A stretch of 53,975 nucleotides of DNA from an uncultured Anaerolineales bacterium (GCA_965370435.1 CBDUUP010000001.1:1-53975); one strand, 5' to 3'. Shown: positions 1-9,897, numbered from the stretch's first letter. Notes: generated from the letters alone by a model not told the origin. A program made the numbers and translations.

Positions 1-20
1 TCATGGTCTACTAGTTTACC

Positions 21-632
21 CTAGTTTCTTCCTTTGCTCCCCCCCCCCTGAACGATTACATGAGATAATAGTCTCTCACAAACATCTGTGCCTAAAGGCG
101 TAAGAATGGCTTCAGAAGCATCTTCGATTGTAGGTGCATCAAGTTCGATTAGACCACAATTAATAAGATACTTCAAAGGGTAATTAAAATCGTAATGTTT
201 CGATACTTTTATTTTTCCATCAGAACGGTACATTAGTAGTAGGATACCGACCCCATATGGTGATGTAGTACCAAGAAGTATTTTTACCCAACCACTTTGA
301 TCGTCTAAAGCCATATAATTATCAAATCTTGAATGTCCAACCCCCATCTCAACATCACCAATTTTAGCACCTGTTGTTTTTGATAATACCATTCTCAATG
401 TTGCTAAGAATAACCTTGTCATTCCTTTATATACTATTGCACCAATTGCTCCAAGAGAAATAATTGCTAATATTTCCATTCGCTGCAATATTCCGAAAGC
501 GCACACGATAATGAGAATAATTATAACAAGGGCATCCTTTAATTTATACTTAACATTATGGATTCTCGTTTTCTTTCCTATTTTTTCATTTACTGTCTTT
601 TTTTGAAATAATTGTGATATTTTCCTTTTCAT
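21..632 (-). CDS. hypothetical membrane-anchored protein in AT-rich block
   Basis: 203-aa ORF with a basic N-terminus and two hydrophobic helices (ALVIIILIIVCAFGIL, ILAIISLGAIGAIVY). The ~120-aa C-terminal part has no motif I recognise. The surrounding DNA is visibly AT-rich up to ~900. Confidence 0.45.
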   Translation of the reverse strand: MKRKISQLFQKKTVNEKIGKKTRIHNVKYKLKDALVIIILIIVCAFGILQRMEILAIISLGAIGAIVYKGMTRLFLATLRMVLSKTTGAKIGDVEMGVGHSRFDNYMALDDQSGWVKILLGTTSPYGVGILLLMYRSDGKIKVSKHYDFNYPLKYLINCGLIELDAPTIEDASEAILTPLGTDVCERLLSHVIVQGGGSKGRN

Positions 633-903
633 GAAGAATCATCCTCTTGATTGAGATATGAAGGCTTAGTCCTAATTACTTACGATATAACCTTCACATC
701 ATTTATCATGATAAGAATTACTATTGTAAACCTCATCCTACTTCTCACTCATTACTTCCGCTGCATAATCAGAATACCAAGTAATTGTACAGGATATGAG
801 AATAGGGTGCAAGGGAATTTCTTCTCTTCACGAAATGTTCGTGACCATAGGATATTGGTTTTTAAAGCGGAGTCTAAGATTCTATGGTATATAAGAGGCA
901 CAA

Positions 904-3033
904 ATGTTCGAGTATCAACTATCCCCCGACCAAATAACCCTCATCCAATCCCCCCTCTCCTCCAAAACCTTCCTGGAAGGCCCGGCGGGGACCGGGAAAA
1001 CCACCGTGGGCGTGGGGCGTGTGCGCCATCTGCTGGAACAGCGGATCCCCGGCGGTTCGATATTGGTGTTGGTCCCCCAGCGCACCCTCTCGACGCCCTA
1101 TCTGGAGGCCTTGCAGGGGCCGGACCTCTCGGCGGGCGGGGTGGTGACCTCCCTCACGGTGGGCGGGCTGGCCCGGCGCATGGTGGAGTTGTATTGGCCG
1201 CTGGTTGCGGAGGAGGCCGGTTTCGCCCACCCCGACCAGCCGCCCACCTTCCTCACCCTGGAGACAGCCCAATACTTCATGGCCCACCTGGTCAAACCTC
1301 TGCTGGACCAGGGCTACTTCGACTCGGTGACCATAGACCGCAACCGCCTGTACAGCCAGATCTTGGACAACCTCAGCAAAGCCGCGGCGGTGGATTTCCC
1401 TCACACCGAGATCGGCGCCCGGTTGAAAGGCGCGGTCAGCGGCGAGCCGGGGCAGACCCGCATCTACGATGACGCCCAGGCCTGCGCTACCCTTTTCCGG
1501 GAATACTGCCTGGCAAACAACCTGCTCGACTTCTCCTTGCAGCTTGAGGTGTTCATGAAACATCTCTGGCCCTACCCCCTGGTGCAGGAACACCTGACGG
1601 GCGTGTACCGCCATCTGATCGTCGATAACCTGGAGGAGAACTACCCCGTCGCCCACGATCTGCTCCGCGAATGGCTGCCTCAGTGCGACTCGGCGCTGGT
1701 GATCTACGACCAGGAGGCCGGATACCGCCGCTTCCTGGGCGCAGACCCCGAGTCGGCAATAGAACTCCGGGATTTGTGCCCCGAACAAGTCGAATTCAAC
1801 CAGTCCTTCGTCACGCCGGAGACTTTAGACTCTTTCGGCGATCACCTGGGCCGAGTCTTGAACCAGGAGATTCCAGGGGAACCGTCGCCCCTCTCCTTCG
1901 AGGAGGCGCGGTCGGCCCTGGTGTTCGAGCCGCATCGCTATTACCCCGAGATGCTGGATTGGGTGGCCGAGACCATCGCCGGGTTGGTGGAGTCGGGCGT
2001 CCCGCCAGGGGAGATCGTCGTCCTGGCCCCTTTCCTGCCCGATTCGCTGCGCTTCTCGCTGATGGATAAATTGGAGGGCTATCAAGTCCCCGTGCGGTCA
2101 CACCGCCCCTCCCGGTCGCTGCGGGAAGAGCCGGTCACCGAATGCTTGCTCAATCTGACCATGCTGGTTCATCCCCAATGGGGGTTCCGCCCGGCCAAGT
2201 TCGACATCGCCTACGCGCTGGTGCAGGCCATCGAGGAGATGGACCTGGTGCGCGCCCAACTGCTCTCCGAGGTGGTCTATCGGGTGGTGGACGGGACGCC
2301 GACCTTATCTTCTTTTGACGACATCAAACCCGCCATGCAGGAACGCATCACCTACGCCCTGGGAAAGCAGTACGAACGCCTGCGCCTCTGGCTGGAAAGA
2401 TACCGGGACGAACCCGTGGCTGAGTTGGACAATTTCCTCAGCCTGCTGTTTGGAGAGTTGCTCTCCCAGCCGGGATATGGCTTCCACGACAATTACGCCG
2501 CCGGGGAGACCACCGCCAACCTGATCGAATCCACCCGCAAATTCCGCCAGATCGCCGGGAAGGCTGTGTCCGATGGGGAAGGGCCGCTGGGGAAGGAATA
2601 TATTCAGATGGTGCAGGATGGGGTCATCGCCGCCCAGTACATCCGCAGTTGGACCCTCCAGGAGGAGGACGCCGTCCTGCTGGCCCCGGCCTACACCTTC
2701 CTGATGCGCAACCGCCCGGTGGACTACCAGTTTTGGCTGGACGTGGGCAGCCAAGGATGGTACCAGCGCATCTTCCAGCCCTTGACCCACCCTCACGTCC
2801 TCAGCCGGGGTTGGCCCCAAGGCCAGACCTGGTCCGACGACGACGAGGTCGCAACCGGCCAGAAGTCTCTCTACCGCTTGGCGCGGGGCCTCCTGCGCCG
2901 CTGCCGGAAAGGGATGTATCTGGGCTTGTCCGAATTGAGCGAGCAAGGCTACGAGTACCGGGGAGATTTACTGCGCGCCCTTGACCAGGTCCTCTGGAGC
3001 CTCCCCCGGACGGAAGGAAGCGGCCATGATTAA
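904..3033 (+). CDS. AddB-like helicase-related P-loop protein (degenerate SF1 fold, no nuclease domain)
   Basis: 709 aa. Walker A GPAGTGKTT lies at aa 26-34. The motif II position reads LIVDNLEE rather than DExQD. The stop overlaps the next gene's ATG (ATGATTAA, 3026-3033). Confidence 0.65.
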   Translation: MFEYQLSPDQITLIQSPLSSKTFLEGPAGTGKTTVGVGRVRHLLEQRIPGGSILVLVPQRTLSTPYLEALQGPDLSAGGVVTSLTVGGLARRMVELYWPLVAEEAGFAHPDQPPTFLTLETAQYFMAHLVKPLLDQGYFDSVTIDRNRLYSQILDNLSKAAAVDFPHTEIGARLKGAVSGEPGQTRIYDDAQACATLFREYCLANNLLDFSLQLEVFMKHLWPYPLVQEHLTGVYRHLIVDNLEENYPVAHDLLREWLPQCDSALVIYDQEAGYRRFLGADPESAIELRDLCPEQVEFNQSFVTPETLDSFGDHLGRVLNQEIPGEPSPLSFEEARSALVFEPHRYYPEMLDWVAETIAGLVESGVPPGEIVVLAPFLPDSLRFSLMDKLEGYQVPVRSHRPSRSLREEPVTECLLNLTMLVHPQWGFRPAKFDIAYALVQAIEEMDLVRAQLLSEVVYRVVDGTPTLSSFDDIKPAMQERITYALGKQYERLRLWLERYRDEPVAELDNFLSLLFGELLSQPGYGFHDNYAAGETTANLIESTRKFRQIAGKAVSDGEGPLGKEYIQMVQDGVIAAQYIRSWTLQEEDAVLLAPAYTFLMRNRPVDYQFWLDVGSQGWYQRIFQPLTHPHVLSRGWPQGQTWSDDDEVATGQKSLYRLARGLLRRCRKGMYLGLSELSEQGYEYRGDLLRALDQVLWSLPRTEGSGHD

Positions 3034-5275
3034 ACTGCGCCCGGCCCAGGAAGAGATTCTCAAGTACCCCGGAGGGCGGATGGGCGTTTCCGCGGTCCCC
3101 GGCAGCGGGAAGACCTGGACGCTATCCCTCCTGGCGGCCAACATCATCACCGGCGGGAAATTGGAGGCCGGGCAGGAAGTCCTCATCGTCACCTTGACCA
3201 ACTCGGCGGTGGATAACTTCAAATTCCGGGTGCAATCCTTCCTGGGAGACAGTGAACGAGAGAGCTTGCTGCCGAGATATGTGATTCGGACCCTGCACAG
3301 CTTGGCCCATGACATTGTGCGGAACAATCCATCCAAAGTTGCGCTCTCCGATGATTTCCAGATCGTGGATGAGCAGGCGATGGATGAAATACGCAATGAC
3401 GTGGCCCGGAGTTGGCTGCAAGGCCATCCTTACGCCCTGGATGACTACCTCCGAGATAATAAAGAAGAAGACGAAAACCGCCGGGATTGGATTCGGCGGG
3501 AACAACTGCCCAAGCTGGTCGGCAACATCGCCGGGAACTTCATCCGTTTCGCCAAAAACCTGGAACTGACCCCCGAGAAACTGCGTGAACGGCTCGACAA
3601 CCTCCCTATTCCCCTGCCTCTGGCCGAAATGGGATACGACATCTACACCGGCTACCAACGGGCTTTGAATTACCGCGGCGCGGTGGACTTCGACGACCTG
3701 ATCCGGCTGGCGTTGAAAGTATTGCAGGACGACCCGGAGTACCTGGAACGCCTGGGCCACCGCTGGCCTTACATCCTGGAGGACGAGGCCCAGGACAGCA
3801 ACCTGCTCCAGGAGGAAATATTGGGGCTGCTGTCGAAATTCAGCGGGAATTGGGTGCGGGTGGGCGACCCCAACCAGGCCATCTTCGAAACCTTCACCAC
3901 CGCCGACCCTCGCTACCTGAGGGATTTCATCGCCCAGGCGGATCACCCCCGCACCCTGCCCAATTCAGGCCGCTCGACCCAGAGCATCATTGACCTGGCC
4001 AATTACCTGATCGAATGGACCCAGAGCGGCCATCCGGTCGAGGAAGTCCAGGATGCGCTGGGGCCGCCGCCCATCGAACCGGCCCCGCCGGGCGACCCCC
4101 AGCCCAACCCACCCGATGACCCCCAGAAGATCCATTTCTCCATGAAGGGCTACGCTCCCCAGGGCGAGATATTGGCGGTTGCCGATTCGCTGGAAAGCTG
4201 GCTGCCCGACCATCAGGAGGAGACCGTCGTCGTGCTGGTGCCCCGCAACCAGAGGGGCTTCCAACTGGTGGATGAACTGCGGCGGCGGGGCATCGAGCCG
4301 GTGGACAGCCTGCTGCGATCCACCAGCGCCACCCGGTTCGCGGCTGGGGCATTGGCTAACATCCTGCAATACCTCTCCGATCCAAAGTCATCCGCCAAAT
4401 TGTCCACCGCCTTCCGAGTCTGGCGGCGGGAGGACCGGGAGGACGAGGCCGCCCTGGAACGCGTCGAGCGGGTGGTGAAGCTGTTAAAGACCTGCGTCCA
4501 CGTGGAGGACTACATCAAGCCGCAGCCAGGCCAAAACTGGTTGGAAGGGCTGGAGATCGCTATTGATGCGCCCAAACTCCACGCCCAACTGGCCGAGTTC
4601 CGGGAAGTGGTCCAACGTTGGCATAAATTGACCCTGCTGCCGGTGGACCAGATGATCCTCACCCTGGCCCAAGACCTCTTCACCGAGCGGACCGACCTGG
4701 CCGTCGCCCACAAGCTGGCCTCGGTCCTCAGCCAGGCCCAGGACGACCACCGGGACTGGCGTCTGCCCGAATTCACCGAGGAACTGGCCGCGGTGGCCCG
4801 CAACGAGCGGCGTTTCCTGGGCTTCAGCGAGGACGACCTGGGCTTCGACCCGGAGAAGCACAAGGGCAAGCCGGTCATCTCCACCATGCACAAGGCCAAA
4901 GGGTTGGAGTGGGACCGGGTATACATGCTGTCGGTCAACAATTATGACTTCCCCTCCGGCATGGAGTACGACCAATACATCAGCGAGAGGTGGTTCATCC
5001 GGGACAACCTCAACCTGGAGGCGGAGGCGCTGGCCCAGTTGGATGCGGCCGTGTCTGCGGATGAGTTCAACTGGTACGCCGAGGGCGCGCCCACCCAGAA
5101 AGCGCGCCTGGATTACGTGCGGGAGCGACTGCGCCTGCTCTACGTCGGCATCACCCGGGCCAAGAAAGAATTGATCATCACCTGGAACACCGGGCGGCGC
5201 GGAGACCAGCAGAGCGCCATCCCCTTCGTCGCCCTGAGCGCGTTCTGGGAGGAGAGGAACGATGACACTGCCTGA
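3026..5275 (+). CDS. UvrD/Rep/AddA-family SF1 DNA helicase without nuclease domain
   Basis: Motifs AVPGSGKT, ILEDEAQDSN, VGDPNQAIF, TMHKAKGLEWD and LYVGITRAKKEL. ATG 3026 is preceded by GGAAGGAAG. The ORF-track start at 2981 is an upstream alternative. Confidence 0.85.
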   Translation: MIKLRPAQEEILKYPGGRMGVSAVPGSGKTWTLSLLAANIITGGKLEAGQEVLIVTLTNSAVDNFKFRVQSFLGDSERESLLPRYVIRTLHSLAHDIVRNNPSKVALSDDFQIVDEQAMDEIRNDVARSWLQGHPYALDDYLRDNKEEDENRRDWIRREQLPKLVGNIAGNFIRFAKNLELTPEKLRERLDNLPIPLPLAEMGYDIYTGYQRALNYRGAVDFDDLIRLALKVLQDDPEYLERLGHRWPYILEDEAQDSNLLQEEILGLLSKFSGNWVRVGDPNQAIFETFTTADPRYLRDFIAQADHPRTLPNSGRSTQSIIDLANYLIEWTQSGHPVEEVQDALGPPPIEPAPPGDPQPNPPDDPQKIHFSMKGYAPQGEILAVADSLESWLPDHQEETVVVLVPRNQRGFQLVDELRRRGIEPVDSLLRSTSATRFAAGALANILQYLSDPKSSAKLSTAFRVWRREDREDEAALERVERVVKLLKTCVHVEDYIKPQPGQNWLEGLEIAIDAPKLHAQLAEFREVVQRWHKLTLLPVDQMILTLAQDLFTERTDLAVAHKLASVLSQAQDDHRDWRLPEFTEELAAVARNERRFLGFSEDDLGFDPEKHKGKPVISTMHKAKGLEWDRVYMLSVNNYDFPSGMEYDQYISERWFIRDNLNLEAEALAQLDAAVSADEFNWYAEGAPTQKARLDYVRERLRLLYVGITRAKKELIITWNTGRRGDQQSAIPFVALSAFWEERNDDTA

Positions 5276-6086
5276 TAACCTCCGATTCAGCCAGGCCAGC
5301 CTGCAGGACTTCGTGGACTGCCGGAGGCGCTTCCAACTACGCTATCTGGAGCGGGTGTCCTGGCCGGCCCTGGAATCCCAGCCCGCCCTGGAGAACGAAC
5401 GCCACATGGAGCAGGGCCTGCGCTTCCACCGGTTAGCTCAACAGCATATCCTGGGCGTGCCCGAGGTGCGCCTCACCGGCCTGTCCAAAGACGAAGACCT
5501 CACCCGTTGGTGGGAGAACTTTCTCGCCCACGCCCCGGCGGATATTGAAGGCAAGCGATACCCAGAGATCAGCCTGACCGCGCCCCTGGGCAGCCACCGC
5601 CTCTACGCCAAATACGACCTGATCGTCATCCAGGAGGATGGAAAAGCCCTCATCTTCGATTGGAAGACCAACCGCAGGCGGCCCAAGAAAGATTGGCTGG
5701 AGAAGCGTTTACAGACCCGCGTTTACCCTTACCTGCTGGTGGAGGCGGGGGGAAACCTCCCGCAGGTTGACGTGACCATCGAACCGCAGAACGTAGAGAT
5801 GGTCTACTGGTTCGCCGAGTTCCCCGACCGCCCGGAGCGAATCCCATATACCGCCAAACAGCATCAAGAGGACAGCCAATACCTGGCCTCCCTGGTCAGC
5901 CAGATCGAAAGCCTGGCCGGGGGCGATTTCCCCCTCACCGAAAACGAAGACCGCTGCCGCTTCTGCGTGTACCGCTCCCTCTGCAACCGGGGAGTCGAGG
6001 CCGGGCCGTGGGAGGAGATGGAGGCGGAGGGCGAGGAGATAGATATAGAGTTGGACTTCGAGCAGATCGTCGAGATCGAGTTCTAA
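5262..6086 (+). CDS. PD-(D/E)XK nuclease, Cas4/AddB-type with four-Cys Fe-S signature
   Basis: 274 aa with YDLIV...LIFDWKT (D...D-x-K) and QTRVYPYLL. One N-terminal Cys (DFVDCRR) plus a C-terminal CRFCVYRSLC (C-x2-C-x5-C). It overlaps the helicase gene by 14 nt. Confidence 0.8.
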   Translation: MTLPDNLRFSQASLQDFVDCRRRFQLRYLERVSWPALESQPALENERHMEQGLRFHRLAQQHILGVPEVRLTGLSKDEDLTRWWENFLAHAPADIEGKRYPEISLTAPLGSHRLYAKYDLIVIQEDGKALIFDWKTNRRRPKKDWLEKRLQTRVYPYLLVEAGGNLPQVDVTIEPQNVEMVYWFAEFPDRPERIPYTAKQHQEDSQYLASLVSQIESLAGGDFPLTENEDRCRFCVYRSLCNRGVEAGPWEEMEAEGEEIDIELDFEQIVEIEF

Positions 6087-6087
6087 G

Positions 6088-6136
6088 AGAGTCTGAGTGA
6101 TATAATTGGTCGAAGTGGTCTAACTAGTCTGGGTGT
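6088..6136. repeat. tile repeat, GACCA/AGAC word family (copy F1, inverted relative to F2)
   Basis: The reverse complement reads agactagttagaccacttcgacc, which resembles agacaactaagaccacttagact at 49205-49232. Confidence 0.4.
6098..6106 (+). promoter_or_regulatory. extended -10 element (TGaTATAAT) upstream of lipoprotein gene
   Basis: tgatataat lies 52 nt upstream of ATG 6158. GAGGTG SD at 6148-6153, 4 nt before the ATG. Confidence 0.35.
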
Positions 6137-6157
6137 TCGGGCAAAAGAGGTGATGGT

Positions 6158-7495
6158 ATGAAACTTACAAGACAAATCCCCATCTTACTAATTCTATTGG
6201 CGGCTTCCTGCACCCTGGGTGGAGAAACGCCCTCGCCAAGTCCGCCACCGCCAACCGCCACCAGGACGCCAACGCAAACGCCCTCCCCAACCCGGACATT
6301 TACGCCCCTCCCGCTAACGCTTACGCCCTCTCTGACCGAGACCCCCACCCCAAATATCATCCATCCAGAAGTAGTAAAACTCTGCCCAGAGCAGAGAGAA
6401 GTCCCCTTTGAAGAGTTAGGAATGGATCCCAATATCGGCATGATGGTCAGAATAGACCCTCGAAGGCCCTATGAACATTTGGGGATCATATCTGGCGGTG
6501 ACCCTAACCCGGTTATTAGCCCTGTTGATCCATTTACATATGATGTTCTCGAAGTCAGCCCGGACGGTCAATGGATAGCTTTCCTATCAGTGGAGACGCT
6601 GGAGATTACTGTATGGATAAGTTCTATAGATGGTGCGCAGAAATGGGAGGCTGCCAAAATATCAGGGGATTTACCTCACGCTCCAGGGGTAAGGATATCT
6701 TGGCTCTCAAATGAGGAAATGCTAATTCTGGCAAAACTTTGGGAGCGAGAGGACTATTCACCGTACTTACTGGTTAATCTATCCACATCTGAACAGATGC
6801 CACTCTCTCCTATTCCGGATGAAGCATTGCATATAAGAACATTCACCGTTGATCAAAGGTTGTATTCAATATACATCTACCCAACTTATGGGGAACCAAG
6901 ATTTATTCTTTTAGATCACGAAACAAATAATGAACGAATCATTCTCCCATGGATATTCGAGGATTATCCCCAAGATTATTACTTGACCTCATCTTACGTC
7001 GCGGCAGGTATTGCTTTGAAAATCGATGATACAGGTAAAGTAACGTTTGCCATAGAACAACCTTACGGGTTTGATATTTCGAAGGATTTAGATATTGACG
7101 CACTTGCTAATGACCTGAATTACGATCAAGCCATGAGTCAAGTCGTTGTCGGTGAAACATTCGACTGGACGCGAAATATGGAGCAACATAACAATTCGAG
7201 TTCACTCAGTTTTTTTCGTGCAAATCAAGCGATAAGTCCATATATAGATGAGAATACACCTTATTACGTCTACGATTGGGAAAATAATATATTGAGAGAC
7301 TACTGTCTTGCAGGCGATTATGTATTTCGCCTCAATTTTCCATCGCTTGACGGACGTTATCTCACCTGGACCGAGAACAGTGGTTATGGCGATGACTATG
7401 ATTATAAGCTTGTTATCATGGACCTTACAACCGGGTACGTCAGCCGAATTTCTGGAGTAGAGTTTTTGGGTTGGTTCGACGCTTCGGAAGAATAA
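6158..7495 (+). CDS. secreted lipoprotein with Pro/Thr-rich linker and possible TolB-like beta-propeller body
   Basis: Signal peptide and lipobox-like LAAS-C, then a long P/T/S linker. The motifs VSPDGQWIAF and LDGRYLTWTE resemble propeller blades. The body is visibly AT-richer than its neighbours. Confidence 0.55.
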   Translation: MKLTRQIPILLILLAASCTLGGETPSPSPPPPTATRTPTQTPSPTRTFTPLPLTLTPSLTETPTPNIIHPEVVKLCPEQREVPFEELGMDPNIGMMVRIDPRRPYEHLGIISGGDPNPVISPVDPFTYDVLEVSPDGQWIAFLSVETLEITVWISSIDGAQKWEAAKISGDLPHAPGVRISWLSNEEMLILAKLWEREDYSPYLLVNLSTSEQMPLSPIPDEALHIRTFTVDQRLYSIYIYPTYGEPRFILLDHETNNERIILPWIFEDYPQDYYLTSSYVAAGIALKIDDTGKVTFAIEQPYGFDISKDLDIDALANDLNYDQAMSQVVVGETFDWTRNMEQHNNSSSLSFFRANQAISPYIDENTPYYVYDWENNILRDYCLAGDYVFRLNFPSLDGRYLTWTENSGYGDDYDYKLVIMDLTTGYVSRISGVEFLGWFDASEE

Positions 7496-7544
7496 CAGTC
7501 TATAATTATCCACACATTTGACCAATTTCTCAGAGTATCTCCTT

Positions 7545-9872
7545 ATGCGCCGATGGATTGAACCCCAAGAGGTCCCCTTACCGCCAGAACTCCAAGCCGC
7601 CGTGGGAGGGCATCCGCTGGCAGCGCAGGTATTGGCGCGGCGAGGCTTCGCCGAGTTGGACGCCGCGCGGGCCTTCCTCGACCCCCAGTCCTACACCCCC
7701 GCGCCCCCCTCCGACCTCCCCGACCTGTCCAAAGCCGCCGACCTGCTTGAAGAGGCCATCCAGGAGAGCCAGACCATCGGCGTGTGGGGCGACTTCGACG
7801 TGGACGGGCAGACGGCGACCGCCCTGCTGGTCTCCGCATTAGAAGACCTGGGGGCGCAGGTCGTCTTCCACATCCCCGTGCGAGCCGAGGAATCGCATGG
7901 GGTGAACATCCCCAATCTCAAAAAACTCATCGCCCAGGACGTTGACCTGCTGCTGACCTGCGACACCGGCATCGCCGCCCATGAGGAAGTCGCCTACGCC
8001 AAAGAGCGGGGCCTCACCGTCATCATCACCGACCATCACGACCTGCCTCCCACCCTGCCGGATGCGGATGCGGTGGTCAACCCCAAGCGTCTGCCCCCAG
8101 GACATCCCTTGAGCGACCTGCCGGGCGTAGGCGCGGCCTACAAGCTGGTCGAGGAACTATACGACCGGGCCGGGCGCGCCGAAGCGAGCGACAGTTTCCT
8201 CGACCTGGTGGCGCTGGGCATCGTCGCCGACGTTGCCACCCAAACCGGGGATACCCGCTACCTGCTCCAGCGCGGCCTGGAGGTTCTGCGCCACACCGAA
8301 CGGCTGGGCTTGCAAGTCTTGATCGAAAACGCCAAACTGGACCCCATCCATCTCACCGAAGAGAATATCGGCTTTGGGCTGGGGCCGCGGTTGAACGCGC
8401 TGGGACGGCTGGGCGACGCCAACACCGCCGTCGAATTCCTCACCACCGGCGATCTGAGCCGTGCCCGCGTCCTGGCCGCCGAATTGGAGGGCCTCAACGC
8501 CCACCGCCGCCTCCTCACCGACCAGGTCTTCGAGGGCGCGCAAGCCCAGATCGAAAAAGACCCCGCCCTGCTGGATAACGCCGCCCTCGTGCTGGCCCAT
8601 CCTGACTGGCCCGGCGGAGTGATCGGCATCGTCGCCAGCCGCCTGGTGGAACGCTACCACAAACCCGCCATCCTGCTCACCGCCCCGGAGGGAGAACTGG
8701 CCCGCGGCTCGGCCCGTTCGATCCAGGGCTGCAACATCACCGCCGCCATCGCCGCCCACCAGGAGATGGTCGAAAACTTCGGCGGCCATCCCATGGCGGC
8801 GGGGCTGGCCATTCAGCCGGAGCGCATCCCAACCTTCCGCCGCGCCCTCTCCCGCACCGTCGAGGCGATGGTGAGCGCTGAAGCCCTGGAAGCCACCCTC
8901 CAAGTGGACGGCTATCTCGGCTTGGAGGAGATTTCCCTGGCCTTGGTTGAAGACCTGGCGAGGCTGGCTCCCTTTGGCGCTGGCAATCCGCGCTTGACCC
9001 TGGCGAGCCGGGGATTGACCCTCAAAAGCCACAGCAAGCTGGGGCGGGGAGGCCGCCACCTTCAATTGATCGTCGAGGACGAGGACGATAACACCCTCCG
9101 GGTGATCTGGTGGCGGGGCGCGGGGAATCCCCTGCCCCAGGGCCGCTTTGATATGGCCTACACCGTGCAGACCACCACCTACCGGGGGGAGCCAGAAGTG
9201 CAGGCCGTGTGGGTGGACGTCCGCCCGCTGGATGAACCGCCGGTCGAAGTTCAGCCCGACCCAATTCCCTTGGAAGTGATAGATCACCGCCAGGAAGCCC
9301 ATCCGGCAGCTATACTAGAATCGCTGAGAGCAGAGGGGGAGATTCAGGTCTGGTGCGAGGGCGAAGACAAGAAAAGATTAGCCGGACAAGACCGGGACGA
9401 ACTTGAACCCTCGGGAGCCTTAGCCATCTGGACCATCCCGCCGGGCCGGGGAGAGCTGATGGCCGTATTAGAGAAAGTCTCGCCGGAGCGGGTGTACCTG
9501 TTCGGGGTTGATCCAGAGATGGACCGTCAAGAGACCTTTATTCGGCGGCTGGCCGGATTGGTCAAACACACCCTCAGCGCCAAAGCGGGAAAGACCAGTA
9601 TCCCCGAACTGGCCGCGGCGACCGCCCAGCGAGTCACGACAGTCCGTTTCGGCCTCGCCTGGTTAGAAACCCGTGGAGACATCACCCTCCAGGAACATGG
9701 AGAAGATGAAATCCTGCTTGGAAAGGGAGATGGGACCGAGATGATCGCCCTACCTCTGCTGGCCGCACAGTTGAAAGCTATTCTGGATGAGACCGCCGCA
9801 TACCGGGCGCATTTCAAGAGAGCGGAAGGGGTAGTAGACAGTAGTCAGTTGTCAGTGGGTAGTGGACAGTGA
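7545..9872 (+). CDS. recJ: single-stranded-DNA-specific exonuclease RecJ
   Basis: DHH-family motifs GDFDVDGQTATALL, TCDTGI and ITDHHD, followed by a GGHPMAAG DHHA1-like motif. Start chosen at ATG 7545 (MRRWIEP). TTG 7518 is the alternative. Confidence 0.9.
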   Translation: MRRWIEPQEVPLPPELQAAVGGHPLAAQVLARRGFAELDAARAFLDPQSYTPAPPSDLPDLSKAADLLEEAIQESQTIGVWGDFDVDGQTATALLVSALEDLGAQVVFHIPVRAEESHGVNIPNLKKLIAQDVDLLLTCDTGIAAHEEVAYAKERGLTVIITDHHDLPPTLPDADAVVNPKRLPPGHPLSDLPGVGAAYKLVEELYDRAGRAEASDSFLDLVALGIVADVATQTGDTRYLLQRGLEVLRHTERLGLQVLIENAKLDPIHLTEENIGFGLGPRLNALGRLGDANTAVEFLTTGDLSRARVLAAELEGLNAHRRLLTDQVFEGAQAQIEKDPALLDNAALVLAHPDWPGGVIGIVASRLVERYHKPAILLTAPEGELARGSARSIQGCNITAAIAAHQEMVENFGGHPMAAGLAIQPERIPTFRRALSRTVEAMVSAEALEATLQVDGYLGLEEISLALVEDLARLAPFGAGNPRLTLASRGLTLKSHSKLGRGGRHLQLIVEDEDDNTLRVIWWRGAGNPLPQGRFDMAYTVQTTTYRGEPEVQAVWVDVRPLDEPPVEVQPDPIPLEVIDHRQEAHPAAILESLRAEGEIQVWCEGEDKKRLAGQDRDELEPSGALAIWTIPPGRGELMAVLEKVSPERVYLFGVDPEMDRQETFIRRLAGLVKHTLSAKAGKTSIPELAAATAQRVTTVRFGLAWLETRGDITLQEHGEDEILLGKGDGTEMIALPLLAAQLKAILDETAAYRAHFKRAEGVVDSSQLSVGSGQ

Positions 9873-9897
9873 ACAGTGGTCAGTTTGGTGGTTGAAG
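9828..9897. repeat. tile repeat, CAGTG/GGTAGT word family (C1, left arm around mrr)
   Basis: ggggtagtagacagtagtcagttgtcagtgggtagtggacagtgaacagtggtcag. It overlaps the last ~14 codons of recJ. The 11-mer tgggtagtgga recurs inverted at 10953-10963. Confidence 0.6.

Noticed and set aside
39-48. A C10 (G10 on the coding strand) homopolymer as a phase-variation switch.
   Set aside because: It lies in the last ~9 codons of the ORF (..QGGGSKGRN-stop). Slippage would change only the extreme C-terminus. A sequencing-prone tract is the simpler reading.
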